NCBI GenBank assembly: GCA_947631955.1
Contig: CANRNJ010000005.1
Span: 85,544 to 149,543 of the forward strand
Reading direction: 5' to 3'
DNA: 64,000 nt
Source: an uncultured Lachnospiraceae bacterium
Lineage (GTDB): Bacteria > Bacillota > Clostridia > Lachnospirales > Lachnospiraceae
Shown: positions 29,700 to 38,398 of the stretch, one piece after another
Position numbering within the stretch: the stretch's first letter is position 1
Layout of the letters: every line of letters starts with the position of its first letter
Position numbers and translations under genes: made by a program
The notes under the pieces: generated by a model
Told to the model about the DNA's origin: nothing
The model's input: the letters and a program-made list of their open reading frames with translations, nothing else
Database searches by the model: none

Positions 29700-30809
29700 G
29701 ATCTTACTGCTTATCTTATTTTGATCTGATTATTTACCTTCTTAAATCATCAGTTCTTAAGAAAAGCGACAACGCCGTTGTTCTGCAGGTTCAGGACAAC
29801 ATGGTCGTTTCTTACTTCCGTCACTTCCACGTCTGTCCATGCGCCGTCAACGTACTGTGCTGCCGTGACAGCATCTCCCTGTACAACGCCGGGCATATAG
29901 AAGTTGACAACTGCCGCTTTTGCCGGGAATGTCACCTTTACTACGTTCAGCACTGTGCCCTCGCGAGCCGCGCGTACGGAATTTACATAGAACGAAGATA
30001 CTTTGGAGATCATCGCGGTCGCGTTCGTTTCCTTGCCGTCAATGATCAGGCCGCCGCCCTGTGCGACAGGCACTTCGCCTTCGATCCCTTCTGTGTTTAT
30101 GACCGCATTGTTATAGTACTCGCCTGCAGATTTGCCCGCTGCCTGTGCAAGCTGCATATCCACCATGTTCTGGAATCCCAGTCTGCTTGCTTCCTGCGCC
30201 ATCTGAGCCGTTGCTTTGGCTGCTGCCGTATCGCCCGGCTGCTTCGCAGGCTGCCCGCAGGACGCTGCCTCTCCGCTCTGGCTTTCCTCTCTCACAAGTG
30301 TCATAGGCGAGTAGGAGAAGATCGTATCGTCGTCCGTTCTTTTGATATTCCAGCATAACAGCGTATTATCATCCTTCAGCCAGTATACGCAGGCGTCCTC
30401 GCCTACCGCAAGTTCTGAGGGCTTCGTTTCTCCTCTCCACAGGTCGTAACCGACGGTCGTCGTACTGCCGTCATAGTACGTCAACGTCACGGTGTCGTTC
30501 TCCATATGATAAGCTCTGGAACTCCACCCGTCGTCGGCATAGCCGTCCTCGCTGAATGTAGTAGCTCCGGTTGGAGGGCCGCCTAACCATGTGCCGACTA
30601 TTTCTTCCTGCTTCACCGGCTCGGTCCTGTCCGCCGCTTCCGCCGTCGCAGGCAGGAACATACCGGCGCACAGCACCGCCGCCATAGCGCATACTGCTGT
30701 TTTCATCCGTTTCATTTTCTTTTCCTCCTATGGATGCCGTTTCTGCCGCAAAAAACAAAAACGGCGCATTTTCTGTCACTCTGACAACCTTATTATACGG
30801 CCCCCCCCA
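29700..30809. repeat. Direct repeat copy B (about 1.1 kb) of 26851..27960
   Basis: See copy A. Confidence 0.95.
29750..30715 (-). CDS. Secreted/surface protein, copy B
   Basis: Same as copy A except residues LGGPPTGATTFSEDGYADDGWSSRA and two single substitutions. Confidence 0.85.
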   Translation of the reverse strand: MKRMKTAVCAMAAVLCAGMFLPATAEAADRTEPVKQEEIVGTWLGGPPTGATTFSEDGYADDGWSSRAYHMENDTVTLTYYDGSTTTVGYDLWRGETKPSELAVGEDACVYWLKDDNTLLCWNIKRTDDDTIFSYSPMTLVREESQSGEAASCGQPAKQPGDTAAAKATAQMAQEASRLGFQNMVDMQLAQAAGKSAGEYYNNAVINTEGIEGEVPVAQGGGLIIDGKETNATAMISKVSSFYVNSVRAAREGTVLNVVKVTFPAKAAVVNFYMPGVVQGDAVTAAQYVDGAWTDVEVTEVRNDHVVLNLQNNGVVAFLKN

Positions 30810-30836
30810 GAAAAAAAGCAAGTACTTTTTTCCTTT

Positions 30837-31193
30837 TCATCCTTTCATTTTCGGACGAAAGACAAGGCTTGCCAGATATCCGAACACGAGCGCAGCGCAG
30901 CACCCCACCGCGCCGGTCTTAAAGCCTCCCTGAAAAAGCCCGATAAACCCGCTTTCCGACACCGCTTCTTTCACGCCTTTCATCAGGATATTGCCATATC
31001 CGAGAAGCGGCACACTGGCGCCCGCGCCCGCATACTCCATAAAGGGCTCGTACCAGCCAAAGAAGCTGATCACCGCGCCGGTGCAGACAAGGAGCACCAT
31101 GATACGCCCCGGCATCAGTTTGGTCTTTTCCATCAGGATCTGGACAAGGGCGCAGATCGCTCCGCCCACCCAGAAAGCATTGAAATAATCCAT
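30837..31193 (-). CDS. spoVAE: Stage V sporulation protein AE (SpoVAEb)
   Basis: MDYFNAFWVGGAICALVQIL...GAGASVPLLGYG...AALVFGYLASLVFRPK. Confidence 0.9.
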   Translation of the reverse strand: MDYFNAFWVGGAICALVQILMEKTKLMPGRIMVLLVCTGAVISFFGWYEPFMEYAGAGASVPLLGYGNILMKGVKEAVSESGFIGLFQGGFKTGAVGCCAALVFGYLASLVFRPKMKG

Positions 31194-31307
31194 ATGATCC
31201 ACCATCCGTTCTATGAAAATATTCTGCACGGACCGCCGCCGCACGAAGGCATCCGGCAGATCCGTTTTCTTATATTTTCCGACGTTTGGGGGAATATTAT
31301 ACATCGA

Positions 31308-31814
31308 TCACAGCAGCAGCTGCGCGATCTTCTCCACCGTTTCCCTGATCGACAGATGTTCGCAGTCGATTGTGATATCGGCGTATTTGTCGTACAGCGG
31401 GACCCGCTCGGCGTACAACCCCTGCAGATCCTGTCCGTCCCGCAGCGTGACGCCGCGCTCGCTTAAGTCGCCCAGTCTGTGCGAAACCGCTTCACAGGAC
31501 AGTTTTAAGTAGACCACCGTTCCGATCTGCCGGAAATGTTCCATGGCTCTTCCGCCGTAAACGGCGCTGCCGCCCGTGGCGATCACGGTCCGGTCCGCAT
31601 CGACGGAGAGGTTGACCCGCTCCTCTGTTTCCCAGAATCCTTCTGTCCCGCGTTCTTCTATGATCTCATGAAGCAGTTTTCCTTCTTCGGCCTGAATCAA
31701 AAGGTCTGAATCCACGAAAGCGTACCCCAGTTTTTTTGCAAGAACGACTCCTACCGTACTCTTGCCCGCTCCGGGCATACCGATCAGTATCACGTTATCC
31801 TTTTTCTTGTTCAT
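31308..31814 (-). CDS. aroK: Shikimate kinase
   Basis: LIGMPGAGKSTVG, DSD, IATGGS, ERVPLY. Confidence 0.93.
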   Translation of the reverse strand: MNKKKDNVILIGMPGAGKSTVGVVLAKKLGYAFVDSDLLIQAEEGKLLHEIIEERGTEGFWETEERVNLSVDADRTVIATGGSAVYGGRAMEHFRQIGTVVYLKLSCEAVSHRLGDLSERGVTLRDGQDLQGLYAERVPLYDKYADITIDCEHLSIRETVEKIAQLLL

Positions 31815-31938
31815 GTGTTATGTAAACCTGTCGTGTATTATTAAACTGCTGTGTTACATAAATTTCCGTATTATAAAGCTTCCTGCATTACACAGGCTGC
31901 TGCATATTGTACGGTTTATATATTATGTAAACCTTTCG

Positions 31939-32316
31939 TTATTTTAAATACGCCGTTACTTCCACTTCGCACAGCACGTCTTTCGGGAGCTGCTTTACGG
32001 CCACACAGCTTCTGGCCGGTTTCTGCGTGAAATACTTTTCATACACGGCGTTGAAAGCTGCAAAATCAGCCATATCCGCCAGAAAACAGGTGGTCTTTAC
32101 GACCTTGCCGTATTCCGTTCCCGCTTCCGCGAGGATCGCGCCGACATTCTCCATCACCTGCTGTGCCTGCTGTGTGATATCGTTTCCTTTGATGCTGCCT
32201 GTGGAAGGATCGATCGGGATCTGCCCCGAAGCGAACAGGAAATCTCCTGCGATGATCCCCTGTGAATAAGGTCCTATTGCCGCCGGCGCTTTGTCTGTAG
32301 ATACTTTTGTGAACAT
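31939..32316 (-). CDS. ridA: RidA family deaminase
   Basis: APAAIGPYSQG, SGQIPIDP, KPARSCVAVKQLP, EVEV. Confidence 0.93.
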   Translation of the reverse strand: MFTKVSTDKAPAAIGPYSQGIIAGDFLFASGQIPIDPSTGSIKGNDITQQAQQVMENVGAILAEAGTEYGKVVKTTCFLADMADFAAFNAVYEKYFTQKPARSCVAVKQLPKDVLCEVEVTAYLK

Positions 32317-32431
32317 ACGATTATCCTCTCTTTCTGCTTTCCATATTCTCAGTAGTGATTAACGTCCCTCTTCAAGGACAAGACCGTACCGCGCGTCCGG
32401 CCGCCGCATTTTGGGACCGGCACACGCTTTA

Positions 32432-32662
32432 TCATTCTCCGAAACGCACTTTTACATAGAATCCCCGCGCGTTCTCGATCACTTCCGTCACCACTCCTTC
32501 GCGCTCCAGCATACGCTCCCGAAAGGGAAAATTGCCGGACATTGCAAGGGAAGGGTCGATCGTATAATAATAATTGCTGGGTAGGACTCCCTCCGTCACG
32601 GTGACATGATCGCCTTCTTTCAACAGACCGGAACGTTCCATCTTAAACTCCATTTCCCGCAT
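32432..32662 (-). CDS. Small hypothetical protein (76 aa)
   Basis: SD AGGAGG before MREMEFKMER; typical codon usage. Confidence 0.7.
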   Translation of the reverse strand: MREMEFKMERSGLLKEGDHVTVTEGVLPSNYYYTIDPSLAMSGNFPFRERMLEREGVVTEVIENARGFYVKVRFGE

Positions 32663-32678
32663 GGCCCGCACCTCTTTC

Positions 32679-33716
32679 CTATGATCTGCGATACTCGGCC
32701 CGCACGGCGGCAAGCGCTTTTTCCTGAGCCTCGATCACGCAGTCGCACCAACGGTCGAACTCCGGATCTTCCACCTGACATTCGGGGTGGCTGAGCACAT
32801 GATCGACCGCCATGCGCATCCCCTGATCGAAGCGGACCGTCGCCGTATAATCCGGCACCAGACGTTTCAGCTTGGTGTTGTCAAATACCACCGAATTTGA
32901 CTTGTCGCCGATCAGACTGCCGCGCAGATCCCATTCCTGCGGACAGCACTCGGCAAGAAACTCGCTGGAAACATAGCAGGCCTTAAGCGGCACACCCAGA
33001 GCGTCCGCTATCGCCTGATACACCTGATTCCATGTAAGCGATTCGTCGCTCGTGATCTGCACCGATTCGCCGATCGCATGGATATTTCCCATCAGTCCCA
33101 CAAACCCTTTGGCAAAATCGGTATTGTAGGTCATGGTCCACAGAGATGTCCCATCTCCTTGGATCAGGACCTTCCTGCCTTCCATCATTCTCTTGACCAC
33201 CTGATAGCTGCCCTTGGAGCCGTGGATGCCGAGAGGCACCGAACGCATGTCGTATGTATGGCTCGGACGGACGATCGTGACCGGAAATCCCTCTTCGCGG
33301 TACCGTTTCATCAGGAACTCCTCCCCCGCGATCTTGTTGCGCGAATACTCCCAATAGGGATTGGACAGCGGCGTACCCTCGTCGATGCGGTAGTCCGACA
33401 GGGGTTTCTGATAGGCCGAAGCGGAACTGATATAGATGAACTGTCTGGTCTTTCCTTTGAAAAGACGATAGTCCCGTTCCAACTGCTGCGGAACAAAGGC
33501 GATAAAGTCCGCCACCACATCAAAAGACATGCCCTCGATCTTCTTCGCCACATCCGCCTCGTCGGAGATATCCGCCTTGATGATGCGGGCGCCCGCGGGC
33601 AGCGCATCGTTGCGCGTGCCGCGGTTGATCAGCCATAACTCATGCCCTTCTTCGAGTAACTTAGCGGAAATCGCGGTACTTATCGTACCGGTTCCGCCGA
33701 TCAATAATGCTTTCAT
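32679..33716 (-). CDS. NAD-dependent epimerase/dehydratase (extended SDR)
   Basis: LLIGGTGTIST, YIYISSAS-like motif, YSRNK, TIVRPSHTY. Confidence 0.9.
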   Translation of the reverse strand: MKALLIGGTGTISTAISAKLLEEGHELWLINRGTRNDALPAGARIIKADISDEADVAKKIEGMSFDVVADFIAFVPQQLERDYRLFKGKTRQFIYISSASAYQKPLSDYRIDEGTPLSNPYWEYSRNKIAGEEFLMKRYREEGFPVTIVRPSHTYDMRSVPLGIHGSKGSYQVVKRMMEGRKVLIQGDGTSLWTMTYNTDFAKGFVGLMGNIHAIGESVQITSDESLTWNQVYQAIADALGVPLKACYVSSEFLAECCPQEWDLRGSLIGDKSNSVVFDNTKLKRLVPDYTATVRFDQGMRMAVDHVLSHPECQVEDPEFDRWCDCVIEAQEKALAAVRAEYRRS

Positions 33717-34756
33717 TCTGATCTGCTCCCTTCTACTTTATATTTTTCATAATGTTCCAGTACGATCGCATGAGCGATCCCCGGTATGGTCTGTCCTTCG
33801 TTAAAACTGGTCTTGCTTAAAAGCGCGCCGGTGGGCACAAACAGCACTCTTTTCCAGATGCCCTCTTCGATCTTCTTAAGGATATAAGCCGAAAGCACCA
33901 CCGCGCTGCAGCCGCACCCGGAACCGCCTGCGTTGGTATCCTGTTTCTTTCCGTCATACACTTCTATGCCGCAGTCCATGTGCTGTTTGGTAATGTCGAT
34001 CTGGTGCTCCGCGAGCAGATCGAACAGAAGCTTCTGTCCTACCTCTCCCAGATCCCCCGTGATGATCTTGTCGTATTCTCTGGGCGCGCGCCCGAAATCC
34101 GCCAGATTCTGCCGGATCGTGTCCGCCGCCGCAGGAGCCATGCACGCCCCCATGTTCATGGAATCTTTCAGGCCGTAATCCACGATTTTGCCGATGGTCG
34201 CGCCTGATATGACCGCCCGCACCTGTTTGCCCGGCTGCGCCGACAGGATAAACGCGCCGCTTCCCGTCACCGTCCACGTTGCCGATTTCGGCCGCTGATT
34301 GCCGTAGGCTAACGGAAAACGAAATTCTTTTTCCGCACTGGCGAAATGACTGGACGTAACGCATGCCACGCGCTCCGCAAAAGCTCCCGTGACCGCCATG
34401 CTCCCCATCATAAGCGTCAGACCGCATGTGGAGCACGCCCCGTACAATCCGATATGAGGAAGCTGATAACCGGCCAGACCGAAACTGCTTGCAATGGACT
34501 GTCCCAGCAGATCGCCCGCATATACGATCTGAATATCCTGTTTCTGCAGCCCGCCTTTCCTCAGCGCGATCTCAAGCGCCTCTTTCTGCATGCTGCTCTC
34601 CGCTTCCTCCCATGTATCGGCGCCGAATTTATCGCCATAGCATACTTTATCGAATAACTGCCCCATCGGACCTTCCGCTTCCTTGCTTCCCACAATGGAT
34701 CCGCTGCTGACCAGATACGGCTTATTTACAAATTGAAGACTCTGTTTTCCTAACAT
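33713..34756 (-). CDS. spoVAD: Stage V sporulation protein AD
   Basis: WEEAES, AGDLLGQ, GLYGACST, SSHFASAEKEFRFP, TGDLG, AGGSGCGCS, PTGALLS. Confidence 0.95.
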   Translation of the reverse strand: MLGKQSLQFVNKPYLVSSGSIVGSKEAEGPMGQLFDKVCYGDKFGADTWEEAESSMQKEALEIALRKGGLQKQDIQIVYAGDLLGQSIASSFGLAGYQLPHIGLYGACSTCGLTLMMGSMAVTGAFAERVACVTSSHFASAEKEFRFPLAYGNQRPKSATWTVTGSGAFILSAQPGKQVRAVISGATIGKIVDYGLKDSMNMGACMAPAAADTIRQNLADFGRAPREYDKIITGDLGEVGQKLLFDLLAEHQIDITKQHMDCGIEVYDGKKQDTNAGGSGCGCSAVVLSAYILKKIEEGIWKRVLFVPTGALLSKTSFNEGQTIPGIAHAIVLEHYEKYKVEGSRSE

Positions 34757-34790
34757 CCTGCTATCTCCTTTTACGAAATATTCTCAGAGA

Positions 34791-34820
34791 TAGTATGGAT
34801 TTATTGCCCGCGATCTATAC
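34791..34820 (-). promoter_or_regulatory. SigG-type promoter for spoVAD
   Basis: Minus strand GTATA-N18-CATACTA, matching the forespore SigG consensus. Confidence 0.75.
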
Positions 34821-34850
34821 CGTCCGGCGCATGATTCCTTCTTCCGGGCG

Positions 34851-35522
34851 TCAGAAAACGATTGGTATCATGCTGTACGCCGCATCCCTGTTTTCCTCGC
34901 AGCAGACCGCAACGCAGTAGTTTTCTATTTCAAAATATTCTTTCATATAATAATATTTTGCGTTAAAAGAATGTTTTACATGTATCTTGTCCGCGGCTTC
35001 GTCCACCGTCACGGCAAAATCGCCCAGCGAAAGGGAGATCCCTTTCCCCGTAGCTTTCAAAAACCCTTCCTTCATCGTCCAGATGCGGAACATCCGCCTG
35101 GTCGTTTCTTCCCCGCTTTCGGCCGCATACATCCAGTCCAGTTCTTCTTTTGCAAAAAAGCGATCCGCCACTTTCAGTCTTCCCGGCTTGATCTGTTCGA
35201 TGTCGTTGCCCATTGCCCTGCCGCCGATGCTGCATATGGCGTAATCCCCCGAATGGGACAGGGAAAAATGTATGTTCGGCTGATATTTAAGCGACGGCTT
35301 GCCCCACTCGCCGAATTCATACTCGACGCTTTTTTCCCGCAGGCCGTACGGCTCCAGAGCGTGATCGAGCGCGATCCCCGCGCCAAGACTCCTGTTTTTG
35401 TCCTTTGCATGTTTTAAAAGCGCGATCTTCTGCTGCCTGTACGGGGAAAGCAGTTTCAGTTTTTCCTGAAAAAGCGTTTCGTTTTCAAATTGTGTGACAT
35501 CGATATAGTATGTGTAGATCAT
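34851..35522 (-). CDS. 4'-phosphopantetheinyl transferase (Sfp-type)
   Basis: GKPSL, FSLSHSG, GNDIE, FRIWTMKEGFLKATGKG. Confidence 0.92.
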   Translation of the reverse strand: MIYTYYIDVTQFENETLFQEKLKLLSPYRQQKIALLKHAKDKNRSLGAGIALDHALEPYGLREKSVEYEFGEWGKPSLKYQPNIHFSLSHSGDYAICSIGGRAMGNDIEQIKPGRLKVADRFFAKEELDWMYAAESGEETTRRMFRIWTMKEGFLKATGKGISLSLGDFAVTVDEAADKIHVKHSFNAKYYYMKEYFEIENYCVAVCCEENRDAAYSMIPIVF

Positions 35523-37549
35523 CCTTTAACATGCCGCCTTCTGTGGCCGTTATGCGGATACCGGCGCATGGACCGCCGCACGCGGTCATCTTCTTCACCG
35601 CTTTCATGGTAACACTCCTGACAGATGGGATAGTTATAGTCCCAAGGCAGGGTCTTTCCGCAGATACGGCACTTTTTCTCAAATAATCCTTTGTTCTCCC
35701 GGAGCAGTTCGCCGATCTCCTGCTGCGCCCACTCGCGGTTGACCGCGATCTCCTCCTTGTCCACTTCCCAGTTCATCCTGCCGGAAAACTGGGTATACAG
35801 ATCCAACTGTTTATAGTAGGATTCCAATCCCTCCAGACTGAAATCCTGAGGAAGCATCGGGCAGTTGTGGAACTCGGTCGGCCGCTCGCAGTAGCGGAGC
35901 CACAGCCGCAGAACGTCCCTGTCGTTGACGTCAAAAGGACAGGTGATCAGGGACAGCACAAATTTCCGATCGTTCATATAAGGCAGATTCTTTCGGTAGT
36001 TTCTGAGGAACCGGTACTTCTTGACGCTCTCCGACATGGAGATCTTGTCGTACATAGGCTGATTCTTCGTCTGCTCCCATGCCTCTATGATCTCATCCAT
36101 CTCCATATCGATATCCAGCAGCACTTCGGGGAATCCCACTCTGGCCCTTTTTAACGGGTGGAACGGCTCCTCCAGTTTGCGCCCTATATATTCCGCATCC
36201 ACCGCCGACTGTACATACCCTACGTCGTAATAGCCGTACCGTCCGGCGCGCCCGGCGATCTGCCGGATCTCTTCCGCTTCCAGTCTGCGCTTGCCTTTGC
36301 CGTCGAACTTCATGCTGTTCATAAAGACGATCCTCCGGATCGGAAGATTGATCCCCATTCCGATGGCGTCCGTGGCGACGACTACCTGATTGACGCCTTC
36401 CGTAAAAAGCCTCACCTGCTCCTGTCTGGTCTGCGGCGGCAGATTGCCGTATATGACACTGGCTTTGATCCCCCGGCTCTCCAACGCCGCGGCTATGGCA
36501 AGCACGTTTTTCTTGGAAAAAGCGATCAGGGCGTCCCCGGCTTCCACATCCCTGCCGATATCATACCGTTTCGGGATAAATTCCAGTCTGGTATTCCGCT
36601 CATGGTGCACGATCTCATAAGAATCGCCGCATCTTCGGATCATTCGGACAAGGATCTCCTCCGCCGTTGTGGAACAGCATACATGGATCTCCTCCGCGCG
36701 GATCCCTAAGATCGCCCGCGTCCAGAAACTTCCTCTGTTCTCGTCCGCCATCATCTGCGCCTCGTCTATCACGGCGATATCATACACTTCCCGGATATCC
36801 AGTATTTCCACCGTAGACGCTTGGACAAAGCTGCCCGGCGTGCGGATCGTTTCCTCTCCCGTGATCATGCTGCACGGGATCCCCGCCGTCATCATCCTGT
36901 CATAGACTTCCAGAGCCAAAAGCCGCAGCGGTCCCAGATAAATGCCGCGGTAAGCCTGTTTGAGCCGCTGCAGCGCCTGATAAGTCTTGCCGCTGTTGGT
37001 CGGCCCGATATGCAGGATAAAGTGCCGTTTCATACCCCGCGCTTCCGGATACTGTTTCTCCGGTTCCGCTTCCATCAGTTCCTCTATCCGCTGCCCGACC
37101 AGATACTGCATATATTCTTCTTTATAGATCTCGTAAAGCGACTTGGCGCGCAGAAGTTCGGCGGTCTTCTCCATTCCCGCAATGTCTTCCGGATTGGCGC
37201 CGGGCGCCATATCGTTCAGGAAACGGATGTCCAGTTCGGCCAGACGCCGCAGCACATGCCGGAATCTTTTATTCAGGTGTTTCTCCTTCTCCGCCACGGT
37301 GTAACCGATGAGCGCCGCGCGCTTGTGCAGTTCTTTCATGTCGGCAAGGACCTGATGGTTTTCCTGCCCTTTCTTGCGGGCGATACGGCCTTCAAGACGC
37401 CGGATCTGTTTCTCGCAGCCGCTGATGGTCCTTCTGCGCTGCTGCGGGTCGAACCGCAGGAAGGCTTCTATATAAGTATTCCAGACGCTCTCCGGCAGAC
37501 TGGCGGAGATCTCCTGTTTTTCTTCTTCGTTGTGGTTTTCTGTGTTCAT
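35519..37549 (-). CDS. SUV3-like SF2 helicase with C-terminal Cys4 motif
   Basis: HIGPTNSGKT, YLGPLRLLA, VIDEAQ, VIYGNLPP, VATDAIGMGINL, QIAGRAGRYG; CRICG...CQEC. Confidence 0.9.
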   Translation of the reverse strand: MNTENHNEEEKQEISASLPESVWNTYIEAFLRFDPQQRRRTISGCEKQIRRLEGRIARKKGQENHQVLADMKELHKRAALIGYTVAEKEKHLNKRFRHVLRRLAELDIRFLNDMAPGANPEDIAGMEKTAELLRAKSLYEIYKEEYMQYLVGQRIEELMEAEPEKQYPEARGMKRHFILHIGPTNSGKTYQALQRLKQAYRGIYLGPLRLLALEVYDRMMTAGIPCSMITGEETIRTPGSFVQASTVEILDIREVYDIAVIDEAQMMADENRGSFWTRAILGIRAEEIHVCCSTTAEEILVRMIRRCGDSYEIVHHERNTRLEFIPKRYDIGRDVEAGDALIAFSKKNVLAIAAALESRGIKASVIYGNLPPQTRQEQVRLFTEGVNQVVVATDAIGMGINLPIRRIVFMNSMKFDGKGKRRLEAEEIRQIAGRAGRYGYYDVGYVQSAVDAEYIGRKLEEPFHPLKRARVGFPEVLLDIDMEMDEIIEAWEQTKNQPMYDKISMSESVKKYRFLRNYRKNLPYMNDRKFVLSLITCPFDVNDRDVLRLWLRYCERPTEFHNCPMLPQDFSLEGLESYYKQLDLYTQFSGRMNWEVDKEEIAVNREWAQQEIGELLRENKGLFEKKCRICGKTLPWDYNYPICQECYHESGEEDDRVRRSMRRYPHNGHRRRHVKG

Positions 37550-37601
37550 TACATTTCCATTCCGTATTCTATCGCTTTATTTCACATTCTGTCAGTTCGT
37601 T

Positions 37602-38243
37602 TCACATTTGATCCATTCCATACAGCAGGGCGTTACAGACTGCCGCCGCCACGTTGCTGCCCCCTTTGCGGCCCCTTGCCACGATGTAAGGCACATCCGC
37701 CTGCATGATCAGTTCTTTGGCCTCTGTCACATGCACAAATCCTACGGGGACGCCGATCACAAGCGCCGGATGCACCCTGTCTTCCTCGATCAGTTCATAC
37801 AGGCGGATCAGGGCGGTGGGCGCATTTCCAATGACATAGATCGAGCGGTCCCCTATCGCGGCGGACTTCTCCATGCTGACCGCTGCTCTGGTGATCCCCC
37901 GCCTTGCGGCTTCCTCCGCCACATCCGCATCCGACATAAAGCAGTACACTTCCCCGCCGTAAGCCGCCAGACGTTTCTTGTTGATCCCGGCCTTGGCCAT
38001 CTGCGTATCCGTGATCATATGGGCGCCCGCACGGATCGCTTCCCGCGCATGTTCCACCGCGTTCTTAGAAAAACACATGGTATCGGCGTAAGAAAAATCC
38101 GCCGTGGTGTGGATCACGCGCTTGATGATGGGAGCATGGACCGGATCCAGCGCATGCGGCAGTTCCCGTTCTATGATCTCAAAACTCTTCTGTTCTATCT
38201 GTGCCGGTGTGATCGGCTGCGGTATCCGCGGCATATCGTTCAA
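37602..38243 (-). CDS. cbiC: Precorrin-8X/cobalt-precorrin-8 methylmutase
   Basis: RVIHTTADF, GNAPTAL, GVPVGFV, GRKGGSNVAAA. Confidence 0.95.
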   Translation of the reverse strand: MNDMPRIPQPITPAQIEQKSFEIIERELPHALDPVHAPIIKRVIHTTADFSYADTMCFSKNAVEHAREAIRAGAHMITDTQMAKAGINKKRLAAYGGEVYCFMSDADVAEEAARRGITRAAVSMEKSAAIGDRSIYVIGNAPTALIRLYELIEEDRVHPALVIGVPVGFVHVTEAKELIMQADVPYIVARGRKGGSNVAAAVCNALLYGMDQM

Positions 38244-38328
38244 GACCCTGCCTCCTTGCTATGCTATCCTAACTATACCACTTTTGCACCCTGTCCGCCA
38301 CCACGAATACATTTACGGGCTCCGAAAC

Positions 38329-38398
38329 CTGCCTTTTATGATTCCGTCGTTCAACATCCATAGCCTGCCGTCTGCCTTTTACGGTTCCGTCGTTCAAC
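38329..38398. repeat. Intergenic tandem duplication (43-bp period)
   Basis: CTGCCTTTTAYGRTTCCGTCGTTCAAC at 38329 and 38372. Confidence 0.65.

Noticed and set aside
27663-30586. Duplicated gene as a diversity-generating retroelement (TR/VR)
   Set aside because: Substitutions are not adenine-specific, there is no reverse transcriptase, and both copies are full genes.
31815-31938. AT-rich aroK/ridA intergenic stretch with TATGTAAACCT twice
   Set aside because: Only two short copies and no clear structure.
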